Notes: generated from the sequence alone by a model not told the origin. A DNA stretch of 33,000 nucleotides from Octopus bimaculoides (GCF_001194135.2 NC_068984.1:60776660-60809659); one strand, 5' to 3'; shown: positions 22,691-33,000, numbered from the stretch's first letter. Numbers and translations: made by a program.

Positions 22691-24420
22691 AAATTTCTAA
22701 TTGATCCATGATGTGGTACACATTCAGAATTCTCCAAAATAGAGTGAGGGATATCAGATGCAGATGTAAGTATATCAACAAGAATAAATTGGTTTCTTTG
22801 AATCGCAACCAATCTATTTACTGTTTTCATTTTGACTGGCTGTACGTTGCGAACGACCAGCCTAGTAACCTCTTTGGATTGAGGAGCTGGATCTCTTGTA
22901 GAAACTGAAACTTACCTGCTGTTTATGAACTTCATATGAACGTAATTTGGATTGGCCTCCAGAAGTCTTACGGGACCTACTTGCGATTTGAAGTTTGAAT
23001 TATATACATGATGACACAGATAATCCATACCAGGTTCGGAAAACCAATTTATGTTGAGCCAAGTCTTTCTAAAAAATGTAAACCTTTCATGAGATGTCTT
23101 GTCGGTGGCTGTACATAACAGTTCTTACAGGACGTATAGCTTCTATCAACATGGTCTCTCATTGTCTAATTCTTTTAATTTCTTGGCCTAACTTTATATA
23201 GTTTCAGGTAATACCATTATGACTTCTGTAGTGTGAGTTTCCTATAGAATTATATGAAGTTTTACAGCTTGTGAAAATTCTATGGTTATTTAGGAATTGT
23301 TTCAACTAGGGCGATATGAAGGACACTTCCTACTCAATCTATCTGAGTGAATAAACAGTGGCATTCCCCAAAAAACAGGAAATGTGAATTAGACACTTTC
23401 TTACAGTAGAGGTACTGATAGGAGAAGTACTTTTATCATGAGAAAATTCATTAGTTATATGTAAGTGTACATTCAAATTATTAGAACAAGGAAAAGGTCT
23501 TTTAGAGTCTATTGACAAGTGTTCAAATGGAAGGGTAACTTTTTATAAAGAAATATCTTTGGTGCAATAAATGTTAAGTTTTATTTTATTATGTATAAGC
23601 AATTGGTGCAAACCAACAGTGTATCTTCCACAGAAAGTGGTAGGTCCCGTTCTTTTGTAAAAATGAAATATTCATTTTATACTAGAGTGTACCTAGAAAT
23701 TATGTTGTAATTCTAAATTTATAGATGTTGGTATAGTAGGTAAACATTTCTCTGAGCCAAGTATATAAGCCGAGTATTTGAAACAAGGACAAATTCGGTA
23801 CTTCAGTGTAGGATTATATTACTTTTTATTTCCCATGGGTTTTAATGTCAGACATGTAAGAAACAGACTTTTGCTTAATTACTAACTTAAAATATTTTGT
23901 GAAGAAATGTTTCATTTTCACAGTTTCTGTAGCTGCATACATTTCTTTTTCGATGATGTGGTAATAGTTTTTGTCCCTGAGTTATTTAAGGATCTCTAGA
24001 AAAATACCGCATGTCTACTATGTGGTAATAGTGTTGCAGTAATAATTTGATTAGTAGCATCTGTTTCAGTAGTAAAAGGTAAATCATTATCGGTAGCGGG
24101 CATTTTTAATAAACTTAATACATTTTATGGTATCCCTAGATACATGGAAATTTTCACCTACCAAAGTAGGAAGAAAATCCATTTGGCTTAGTGTACGGAG
24201 AACTCAAGTACCTGATGTAATTTATTACTACTTCAAAATGTAGAAAGCTCTACAAGAGGTTGAAGGTGTTCTAGCTCGAATGTAATTTTCCTTATGAAAT
24301 GAAATGAAATAAAAAGTATTAATTCTTAGGCTAGAATATGTAACCATTATCTGCAATAGAAGCAGTATTAAATTAAATTAGATTAAAATAGCTATGTATA
24401 AATCATCACTGAAAGGCAAA
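22690..24420 (-). pseudogene. Decayed Ty3/gypsy LTR-retrotransposon pol (RT end, RNase H, integrase); no LTR recognised
   Basis: Minus-strand collinear motifs: LEHLQPLVEL; LPFTTETDAT and IIEKEMYA (RNase H); QKSVSYM; PLSVEDTLLVCTNC (HHCC region); PFEHLSID; GMPLFIHSDR; SYNSIGNSHY; CTATDKTSHERF; VRLLEANPNYVH...VSVSTRDPAP. The RT-RH-INT order is diagnostic of Ty3/gypsy. Confidence 0.88.
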
Positions 24421-24509
24421 TTTACTGCAGTATGCATCCAGAGATAACATTACTTAAGGACATGGTGTGTTTAAAAACACTATATATACATGCATAAATG
24501 CATACATAC

Positions 24510-24542
<33 letters not shown>

Positions 24543-25078
24543 NNNNNNNNNNNNNNNNNNNNNNNNNNNNNNNNNNNNNNNNNNNNNNNNNNNNNNNNNN
24601 NNNNNNNNNNNNNNNNNNNNNNNNNNNNNNNNNNNNNNNNNNNNNNNNNNNNNNNNNNNNNNNNNNNNNNNNNNNNNNNNNNNNNNNNNNNNNNNNNNNN
24701 NNNNNNNNNNNNNNNNNNNNNNNNNNNNNNNNNNNNNNNNNNNNNNNNNNNNNNNNNNNNNNNNNNNNNNNNNNNNNNNNNNNNNNNNNNNNNNNNNNNN
24801 NNNNNNNNNNNNNNNNNNNNNNNNNNNNNNNNNNNNNNNNNNNNNNNNNNNNNNNNNNNNNNNNNNNNNNNNNNNNNNNNNNNNNNNNNNNNNNNNNNNN
24901 NNNNNNNNNNNNNNNNNNNNNNNNNNNNNNNNNNNNNNNNNNNNNNNNNNNNNNNNNNNNNNNNNNNNNNNNNNNNNNNNNNNNNNNNNNNNNNNNNNNN
25001 NNNNNNNNNNNNNNNNNNNNNNNNNNNNNNNNNNNNNNNNNNNNNNNNNNNNNNNNNNNNNNNNNNNNNNNNNNNNNN
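24543..25078. other. Assembly gap (N), flanked by (TA)n on both sides
   Basis: Run of N. Confidence 1.
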
Positions 25079-25107
25079 ATATATATATATATAAAATTAA
25101 ATATAAG

Positions 25108-25231
25108 AGTGTATAAAATATTTTTATACACAGAGAGAAGACCCTTGACAGGACTCCTTACATGCCCTTTTCAGCATGTAAGAAGTCCTGTCAAGGCTCT
25201 CCTCTCTGTGTATAAAAATATTTTATACACT
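25108..25231. repeat. Near-perfect hairpin with 58 bp arms (55/58 complementary) and an 8 nt loop
   Basis: 25108-25165 versus the reverse complement of 25174-25231 differ at 3 positions; loop ccttttca. Confidence 0.95.
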
Positions 25232-25390
25232 TGTATATTTTATAAAATATGTTTTGTCTTATGACTTTTACTTATGCTTGCTAACCACTGGTAATAAATT
25301 ATTTTTATTTATTACCCTCATATTTACGATAGTAATATATATATATATAGCAAGACCGTCAGATGCATTTCGACCTTGCTGAACTTTGTC

Positions 25391-25441
25391 AATGGTGTGT
25401 ATTCACAGTCAGCTACATGCTTGCTGTCAGTACACACCATT
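25391..25441 (+). ncRNA. Candidate small-RNA (pre-miRNA-like) stem-loop
   Basis: 23 bp stem with 19 Watson-Crick pairs, 2 G-U pairs and 2 mismatches; 5 nt loop TACAT. Structure only, with no homology or expression evidence. Confidence 0.25.
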
Positions 25442-26132
25442 ATAGATGAGCTATGTCACCTATGACTAGCTGTTAATACATGCCATAGACATGACCCAAC
25501 GAGGCCGGAATGCAAATGGCGTTCTCGCTAGCCACTGTAGGGACAGTTTTCGTTTCTTTTCTATATATATTGTGGTTTTAAACGTAACAAGCATGATATG
25601 CCCGTAAGATGTTATCTCTTGACGTATACCGCAGTAAATTTGCTTTTCTACGATGTATTTACATTAAGCATGATACATAGATGGCTATTCACATTTATGT
25701 TTGTTTAAGGTCAGATTGTTACGTTTCACAGTCTTAAAGAAGGTTGGTATTTGTGATTTTGTTTCACAACAAACTAAAATAAATCATCCAAATACGAATA
25801 GGCCACTTAAAGATTAATTTCTTTGATAAATTAGTTGAGAACACGCTCAAACACCGATACACCATTTACAATGCCTATGGGAACTCGGGCTAATTAATAT
25901 AAACACCTAGCTGTTTGGAAAGCATTGTATGGTTTTCCACACGCATTATGCCAATTTAAACAACGTCACCTAAGTAAATTTTTACTAAATATTAACATTT
26001 AGATATAACCTTGACCAGATAATCTTTACGGGGAACTGTATAAACGTCAACCACTGTAAAGTGTTTGATAGCTTAAGAGAAATCTACTACAAGCATTTTC
26101 GTATTGAAATTTCCATCTAAATCCTGCATCTA

Positions 26133-27034
26133 CCGTTGTGACTTTCCAGAAGTTTTGTGACTTTGTTTTTAAGAAGCAGTTATAAATGTCCTATATTATT
26201 GTAATTTTAATATATCATTACTATGCATCTAATAAGCTCTTCTGCCAACTCATGTTATTTCAGTTTGAAAGAGGCAGCTGTAACAACACTTTCAACGCTC
26301 CCTACTAAACACTGCTTGTCATTGCTAACTAGTTCGAAGCTTGCAGTTTGGAAGCTTGTTATGCAATTATATTTTGTGTTAGACTGGGCAAAACTGTCAC
26401 AAAAACTTATGAAATGCTCCAGACTGCTTATGGAATAACTTTTTCGCTGGCACAAGAGGCTCAAGGATGGTAGGGAGGAGATGAGAGATGGTGAGAGGTG
26501 TGGGTCGGAAAAAGACGTCAAAACATCAGTGCTGGTTGAAAAAATTCACAATTTTCTAGATGAAGACTGTCGTGTGTCTCTGAAGGCAATAAGTCTACAT
26601 ATTGGGGTCGGTGTCACAACTGTACGCAGAATTGTGTATGAAGATTAGAACATGCGCAAAATGCGTGCAAAGTTTGTTCCCAGGATGCTCAGTGACAAGA
26701 ATCCTGGTCACCAACTATTTGATATAAACGGGCATCAAAACTGTCCCTCACCCTTCATACAGTACAGACCTTGCACTCTGTGACTTTTGGTTGTTCCTCA
26801 ACCCGAGGGAGAATCCCTGAGGCAATCGTTTTGCAGATGAAGGAGGCTATGACTAGGGTCCTGAATACCTTACCTTTGGAGAACATTCATGGAACCTTCA
26901 TGAAGTGGCTGGAGCACTGCAACAAGTGCATTGAAGTCAGAGAATCCTACTTTGAAGGAAATTAGTTTTGTACTTCTTTGAAATTAATAAATGTCTCTTA
27001 TGAAAAAGTTTAAAAACTTCTGGAATGCACCTTT
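26133..27034 (+). mobile_element. Internally deleted mariner (DD34D-type) transposon
   Basis: CVRLGKTVTKTYEMLQTAYG; FRWHKRLKDGREEMRD; KFVPRMLSD; then a jump to GIKTVPHPSYSTDLALCDFWLF and MKWLEHCNKCIEVRESYFEGN*. TIR core TTCCAGAAGTTTT at 26144-26156 is the reverse complement of 27013-27025; ends before TA. Confidence 0.92.
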
Positions 27035-27449
27035 TATGATAAATCCTATTAAACAGTTTCGAAATCTCCGAATCAATAAATTTTATATTTTTCACCCTGT
27101 ATGGTTTTATATCATTCACATTGCAACAGGTTTGCAGTTTTGAATTAGAGTTTGAAAATATTTTGGCTTCCCAGCTACTTGTATTTGAGTAAGATCACAA
27201 ATTTAAATGGATTTTGGTCCACGATAAGTAATTCCATTTTTCTTATTTAGCTTTTATAAATACAAAATGATACCCAAAGAATTACATTAACACAAATTTG
27301 TATATAATCTATTTTGATAAATATTTCAACTGCACAGAATCCATTAATTCGTTCAGTTAGTTCGGAAATAGTCAGGAAAAGTATACCTAGTTTTTGATAT
27401 ATTTCCAGATTGAGTCGATTAGCTAATTTTTGATACGTGAATTTTTCAG

Positions 27450-27631
27450 ATGAGTCTGTGTTTATGAACATTTCGATTACCATGTTATTAATTTTTGCCG
27501 TTATCACAAAAGGTGTAAAAGACCAAGTTGCAGAAATCACAGTCACTAATGAAATAGATCCAGATGCCTTAACTTATGGGTCAGAAGAAGTGTATTACCA
27601 GGCCGGCAAACAAGGTTTAGTCGAACTGTAG
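27450..27631 (+). pseudogene. Possible hAT (GTF2IRD2/SPIN-like) transposase fragment, or an unknown exon
   Basis: Stop-free DESVFMNISITMLLIFAVITKGVKDQVAEITVTNEI...LTYG...GKQGLVEL resembles DESTD..DTAQLLIFIRGVDE.FEITEEL...TTDG...GK..GLV. Preceded by an AG acceptor (tttttcag, 27442-27449). Confidence 0.35.
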
Positions 27632-28461
27632 GTACAACGAGTGTGAGTGCGCGTGGGGAATCCCTTTCAAGTTGTTATAGTAAAAAAAAGCACGTTCTCC
27701 ACTTTTAGATCTTACAGTGATAGATTATTTTAATTTACTTCTTAAAATTTCGTATTTAACATCAGAAGTATCTAAAGCAATAGGCATTTAATAAAATTCT
27801 TCATTATACTTCATTCCCGAAATGGATGACATATTCCAATGTTAAATGTTTGCAAGCTAGAAGCCTAGTTCTCATAATGTTTGAATGTATTCTCTGATTG
27901 AAAGAGTTTTTTTTTATGTCTGATGTTTATTTTACTTCAGCTGTTTCGGCTTTAAAATGCAGTCAAGTGTCAATACAATTAAATCTTATAGAAACTATGA
28001 ATGTCTTCACTAGACTTTTAAAATCGTGTAGACAGAAGGTATTTAGCATCTATTTTACTGGATGGTTTCACATAAGATTCCTCAAGTCGTTTTAAAACTT
28101 AGAATGTTTGTAATAGGTCTTGTTTAATACGTTCGGCCTCCCAATATGTAAACATTATCAATTTTACTTTGTTAAGATTAAGGCTAAGTCGGGTAGCTGG
28201 GAAATACTTGACTCTCCTAATCCATGATTTATATCTCTTGCTAAGGAGAATCTGCTGGATGTGAAAATAGTCTAGACAAGCTATTTTGACGATTTTGATT
28301 GATTATTAAATTCCTTAAACTGGTGAGATAATGACAGTTCCAGATGGTATCCTTCAATCAATTTAAAGGAGACATATCGCGAATAGCGATTGTTTATGTG
28401 ACCCGAAGATGTAACGTGACTATTATTGATCAGCAGATCTTATTATTACTTGGGTCGGTAA

Positions 28462-28680
28462 GGCGATGAGCTGGCAGAATCGTTAGCATGTCGGACAAAA
28501 TGCTTAGTGACATTTCGTACGTCTATGTTCTGAGTTCAAATTCCGCCATTGTCGACTCTACCTTTCATCCTCTCGGGGTTGATAAAATAAGTACCAGTTG
28601 AATACTGGAGTCGATGCAATCTATTTATCCCTTCCCCCACAAATTGTTGGTTTTTTGCCTATAGTAGAAAGGATTATTAC
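28462..28680 (+). mobile_element. tRNA-derived SINE (family A)
   Basis: ggcgatgagctggcagaatcgttagc (A box), gagttcaaattcc (B box), short ATT tail. Confidence 0.92.
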
Positions 28681-28692
28681 TAGGATCGTTAA

Positions 28693-28947
28693 GGCAGATA
28701 TCTGGCGGAATCGTTAGTACGCCGGACAAAATGCTCTGGAACATTTCGTCTGTCTCTTTATGTTCTGAATTCAAATTCTGCCGAAGTCGACTTTGCCTTT
28801 CATCCTTTCGGAGTCGATAAATTAAGTACTATTTGAGTACAGGGGTCGAGATTATCCACTAGCTCCCTCCCTCAAAATTTCAGGCCTTGTGTCTAAAGTG
28901 GAAAGACTTACTACTACTATTATTATTATTATTATCATTATTATTAT
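28693..28947 (+). mobile_element. tRNA-derived SINE (family A) with (ACT)/(ATT)n tail at 28908-28947
   Basis: ggcagatatctggcggaatcgttagtacgccggacaaaatgc...gaattcaaattctgccgaagtcgactttgcctttcatcc...caggccttgtgtctaaagtggaaag. Confidence 0.92.
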
Positions 28948-29652
28948 ACAGATGCTAATACATGCTAATTTAGTTAGCAGAGATATAATCCTCGGGTTTG
29001 GCGATAAGTCCCCTCAAATCTCTGAGAATCTTTACTATGATCCTTGCAGAATACGTGTAGCACTTTTCTACAGGTCGACAATTCTAATTCATAAAGCTTT
29101 TTAAGGTAGCAGTTTGGGTCTTATACCGAGTGCATCAATAACTACAGGGACAATTTCACTCTATATTATTCCACGATTACTTCATCTCTCTGTCTAGGTC
29201 CTGATATTTCTTATTTTTCTCAGGTACCTTAAAATCTACTCTATTGTTGCAAAGTTAGTGATCTCACACTATTCTCCCTTCTCCACAATCAAATTTGGAT
29301 TCTTTGCTTTCATAATATAATCAATCTCTATAGAACCGCCCATTAAAAACCTGTAATGATCTCACCACAACAGCTTGTTTTCTTTGTTCATACCACTTTT
29401 CCGCCACTTCCAACGCACAGATTTGATTAACATCTCAATACAGTCTTTTACTGAGACAGTAATGCCTGCATTTTTGCTCTTTTTGTCCTAGCTTACTGCA
29501 TTACTTTAAAAAAATGCTTAACTCTTTTGTCTTCTTTTCTATGCTTTCTGTGTTTGCTGTCTCACTTTTATCAAAGCTTGCCTTTTTCAAATTCTCTCTA
29601 AAGGATGGTTCTTGAGCGATTATAATTAACGATTCAGTTTTTCATTTAGGTG
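28948..29652 (-). mobile_element. 5'-truncated R4/Dong-like (R2 superfamily, restriction-like endonuclease) LINE, copy 1, (TAA)n tail
   Basis: Minus strand: TESLIIIAQEP, CSKLGQKEQKCRH (CCHC knuckle remnant), KWYEQ, KAKNPNLIV (PD-region), EKNKKYQDLDREMK*SW, EIVPVVIDALG, SARII, then a TAA-repeat tail. Confidence 0.88.
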
Positions 29653-29673
29653 TATTATTATTTTGATTATTAA

Positions 29674-29893
29674 GGTGATGAACCGGCTAAATCGCTAGCA
29701 TGCCGGACAAAATGTTTAGTGGAATTTCGCCCGTCTTTGCGTCCTGAGTTCAAATTCTTTCTGGGTCGATAAAATAAGTTCCAGTTGAACACTGTATACG
29801 ATACAATCGACTTACTCCACCCCTTAAATTGCTGGCCTTGTGCCACCAAAATTTGAAACCATTATCATCTTCTTCTTCTTCTTCTTCTTCTTC
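29674..29893 (+). mobile_element. tRNA-derived SINE (family A) with an internal deletion after the B box; tail ATT/CAT then (CTT)n
   Basis: ggtgatgaaccggctaaatcgctagcatgccggacaaaatg...gagttcaaattc [the segment gccgaggtcgactttgcctttcatcc seen in other copies is missing] tttctgggtcgataaaataag...gctggccttgtgccaccaaaatttgaaacc. Confidence 0.9.
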
Positions 29894-30410
29894 ATTCAGG
29901 TTTTGTTGGAACTTCTGAAGTCTCGCATGCATAGTGTGTATGCTACATGTAGCCTACGGTACCAAGCTATCAGTTCTTTTCAACTCTCATACTTTTATGA
30001 ATATCCTGGTCGTGCCAAAGAGGGAAACCTTTTGTAACAGCTTTACTGGGCACCCTATTCCGATTTCCTTTATATTCCTCTTGACGCTTTCTTATACCGA
30101 CTTCAAGGATCTATTGACACTATCTCCAGCTTCTTCATTTTCCACAGCCGAGCTATTCCGTACTCAAGAGGATTGTATATGTCTATTTTTCCGCCTTCCT
30201 TCTTGACCATTCGTGAGTCAAAGGAGGACACAACATCAATTTATATGGCTCACGTGGTTCAACTCGTCTACCACTACTAACTCCTACTTGTTATGCCTAA
30301 GCACCTGATCTGTTTGGATTGGGAAATCTCATAGGATTTTTCCGGTCGCCGACTCTACCACTCTCGGCGGTTTGTATTCATACCACATCCTACCTCTATC
30401 TAGACCCAAA
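29894..30410 (-). mobile_element. 5'-truncated R4/Dong-like (RLE) LINE, copy 2 (different subfamily), (GAA)n tail
   Basis: Minus strand: WYEYKPPRVVESATGKIL*DFPIQTDQVLRHNK*ELVVVD, IDVVSSFDSRMVKKEGGKIDIYNPL, IARLWKMKK, LLQKVSLFGTTRI. Confidence 0.9.
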
Positions 30411-30989
30411 ATAATCATCGTCGTCGTCGTCATCATCATTATCATTTATTTATCTATTTATTTAGTTTATTATCATTTAGAGTGACCAAAAACACCATTC
30501 AGACTATTCATAACCGAGTTATCAGGAATAAAGCAGTCAAATGGTCGAATACTCTATGATTAGTAACGTTTCAAGTCGTGACCTTTTGATCATTAGTTAA
30601 ACTCATAAAATGGTGAATCAACAAGCCCGAGTGACTCTAAAACGATATATTCATATTTATATTTTTCTTTCATGAATTTCCACTGAGAATGGTAACTATA
30701 ACGGAACATGAGAATTCATGTACAATAAAATCTTATTTTATATGTTACTGTTATTGTTTAGTCTCATGTCAGCCTTTATCAAGCAGACGTTTGATCAAAG
30801 AAGCATTGCTAGAATACTGTTCATGTAAGAAATTCAAAGGTTGCCAACAAACTGCATGTTTTATCTCTGTAAATTCAAACTGCTCGACGTGTGGGATTTT
30901 CCAACCCATTTAATTACTTGCTACTGTCTCACACGTCTGTTTAAACAGTATTGATTGTCGGTATACCAACAACAAACCATAGCGACTAC

Positions 30990-31319
30990 TGGCACGGCGT
31001 CGGTTATGATGATGGGGTTCCAGTCGACCCGATCAAACGAACAACTTGCTCGAGAAATTAACGTAGCAGGTGACTGAGCACTTCACAGACCTATCCTTCA
31101 CGCAATTGTCAGAGAGAGAGAGAGAGAGAGTCAGTGTGACACAGAATGTGACAAGGCCGGACCTTTGAATTACAGCTACCATTCATTTTTGCCAGCTGAG
31201 TCGACTGGAGCATTGTGAAATAAAGTTATTTGCTCAACGAAAACACGCATCGCCAAGAATCGAACTCACGACCTTACGGTCGTAAGCTGAATACCCTGAC
31301 TTAACCACGCGCCTTCACA
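30990..31319 (-). mobile_element. tRNA-derived SINE (family B, CORE-like central block) with an internal (AG)n expansion
   Basis: Reverse complement starts gtgaaggcgcgtggttaagtcaggg (A-box-like), then gagttcgattc (B box), then ttgagcaaataactttatttcacaatgctccagtcgactcagctggcaaaaatg. (AG)n at ~31111-31130. Confidence 0.85.
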
Positions 31320-32181
31320 CAACAACAACAGTAACACTAACGTGACAATTCATTATGAAGGAGTTATTAAGGAGACTGCAACATAGTCTATTGAATCTGT
31401 TTGAAATAGCAGTCAAATATCCTTCCTCAAATTACATCTTACGTCTTACCTTATATTTAGATATTGTGCATCTAAGACTGCACTTCCGAAATTGTTCCTC
31501 TTTCTCTTTCTTTTGAAGAAGGTTGTGTGTGATATGGGGTGGGATATCCGCCAACTGTTTCTAACAGATTCCAGTGACTATATCAAGGCTTTTATGCTGC
31601 TTCCCTCATAATGATATAACATGTTATTGCTACAATTAATTCTTCTTTTTGTTCATATACAGCCAATCAGCATAGCTTGAACAGTCATGTGATACGGTGA
31701 TCGTTATTAAATGGTTTGTGGCAATTCTTTGTTCTAAAGATTTGGATTTGCAGATAAGGCACGTATCACGTTGGCAACGTTTGAATTTTCATAAATTCTG
31801 GGAATTGCTTCCATCAGTTATTCTTGTGAGGTATACTGACTTAGGAATTAAGACTTAAAGGTACTTAATTCCTTCTTTTAAGAGATGGTACGCAGGGATT
31901 GCATTGTTAAAGAAGGAAATCTGATTGTTACATTAAGTAAGCTAAGTAGCTATAGAAGCTTCCTGAATACCTTTTTCATAGAATGTTAGAGAATTTAGAT
32001 GTAAATTGTATATCTTTTTCTTAATTTTCGAAAGTTCTGTTACACTGTATACAGATATGAAATCATAATGTCAAGACCAACTAAGAGAAGAATGAAAGGG
32101 TAGAATGAAAGAAAAAGAGAGAACAACCGAGGGAGAAAAAGAGTAAGCGAGAGTATTTTTGTGCATGCTTATGAATAGATA

Positions 32182-32184
<3 letters not shown>

Positions 32185-32255
<71 letters not shown>

Positions 32256-32483
32256 ATATCTATATGTGTATGTGTGTGTATATATATATATATATGTACA
32301 TATGTATGTAAGTATGGTTTCAAGTATTCATACGTATTAGCATATGCATCTGTGTAAAAGCATATGTGTGTGTATGTGTTGCTTGTGTATGAGCAGTTCC
32401 TGCCAAGGTGTTTGACTATGTATAAATTCAATATTTTAATGTTAGAGATTTTCTCAGGAAGTGATGTATTAACCGAGAAAGGG

Positions 32484-32522
<39 letters not shown>

Positions 32523-32527
32523 CACCC

Positions 32528-32558
<31 letters not shown>

Positions 32559-32683
32559 CACATACGTATACACACACAGACACGTATACATACGTATGTA
32601 TACACATACATATATATATATACACATACATATATATATATACACATACATATATATACATATATATATATATATACACATGC

Positions 32684-32722
<39 letters not shown>

Positions 32723-32939
32723 CATATATATATACACATACATATATATACATATATATATATACACATACATATATATACATATATATATATATACACA
32801 TACGTATATATACATATATATATATACACATACATATAAATATATAAATATATATAAATATATATATATATAAACATACATATATATATACACACACATA
32901 TATATATATATACACATACATATATATACACATATATAC

Positions 32940-33000
<61 letters not shown>
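32185..33000. repeat. Large compound microsatellite: (AC)n, then mixed (TA)/(TACA) to the window end, with a short unique spacer at ~32310-32485
   Basis: Directly visible; explains the YIYI/MYVC ORFs at 32081-32955. Confidence 0.95.

Noticed and set aside
22911-22920. Perfect minus-strand donor CAG|GTAAGT
   Set aside because: It falls inside the gypsy integrase C-terminal coding relic, and no acceptor was found.
23634-23639. Apparent 6 nt microexon (cttccacag|AAAGTG|gtaggt)
   Set aside because: It lies antisense within the gypsy integrase zinc-finger region (PLSVED), so it is most likely coincidental.
28462-28540. tRNA-like A/B boxes (here and in the other SINE heads)
   Set aside because: No full cloverleaf, and each continues into a shared SINE body, so these are not tRNA genes. 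No CRISPR array or rRNA gene was seen anywhere in the window.
30692-30704. GTAACTATAACGG, matching part of the LSU rRNA / I-CeuI site; also TTAAGGTAGC (R2 target-like) at 29101
   Set aside because: Isolated 10-13 bp matches with no flanking rRNA similarity; the second lies inside LINE coding sequence.

Overview
This is AT-rich eukaryotic intergenic or intronic DNA from a gapped draft assembly, with four N-gaps, each bordered by a dinucleotide microsatellite on at least one side. The SINE, RTE and mariner repertoire looks cephalopod, most likely Octopus; this is an inference from recalled repeat families, not a database match. I cannot support any intact host protein-coding gene. The ORFs in the track are microsatellite read-throughs, N-gap artefacts, chance ORFs or transposon relics. 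The window is a transposon graveyard. DNA transposons: three internally deleted Tc1/mariner elements, a TTAA piggyBac-type MITE, a decayed piggyBac transposase and a possible hAT fragment. Retroelements: a decayed Ty3/gypsy pol, RTE and CR1/L2-like LINE relics, three RTE-type 3' ends, two R4/Dong-like (RLE) LINE 3' fragments and several tRNA-derived SINEs. The most interesting structures are (i) a 2 kb cluster at 28.4-30.45 kb in which a minus-strand R4/Dong-like LINE fragment sits tail-to-tail in the trinucleotide tail of a plus-strand SINE, twice in a row; (ii) three unrelated long fold-back hairpins; (iii) a compact miRNA-like stem-loop at 25391-25441; and (iv) a stop-free, splice-signal-flanked, hAT-like ORF at 27450-27642. 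All alignments were done by eye and need computational confirmation.
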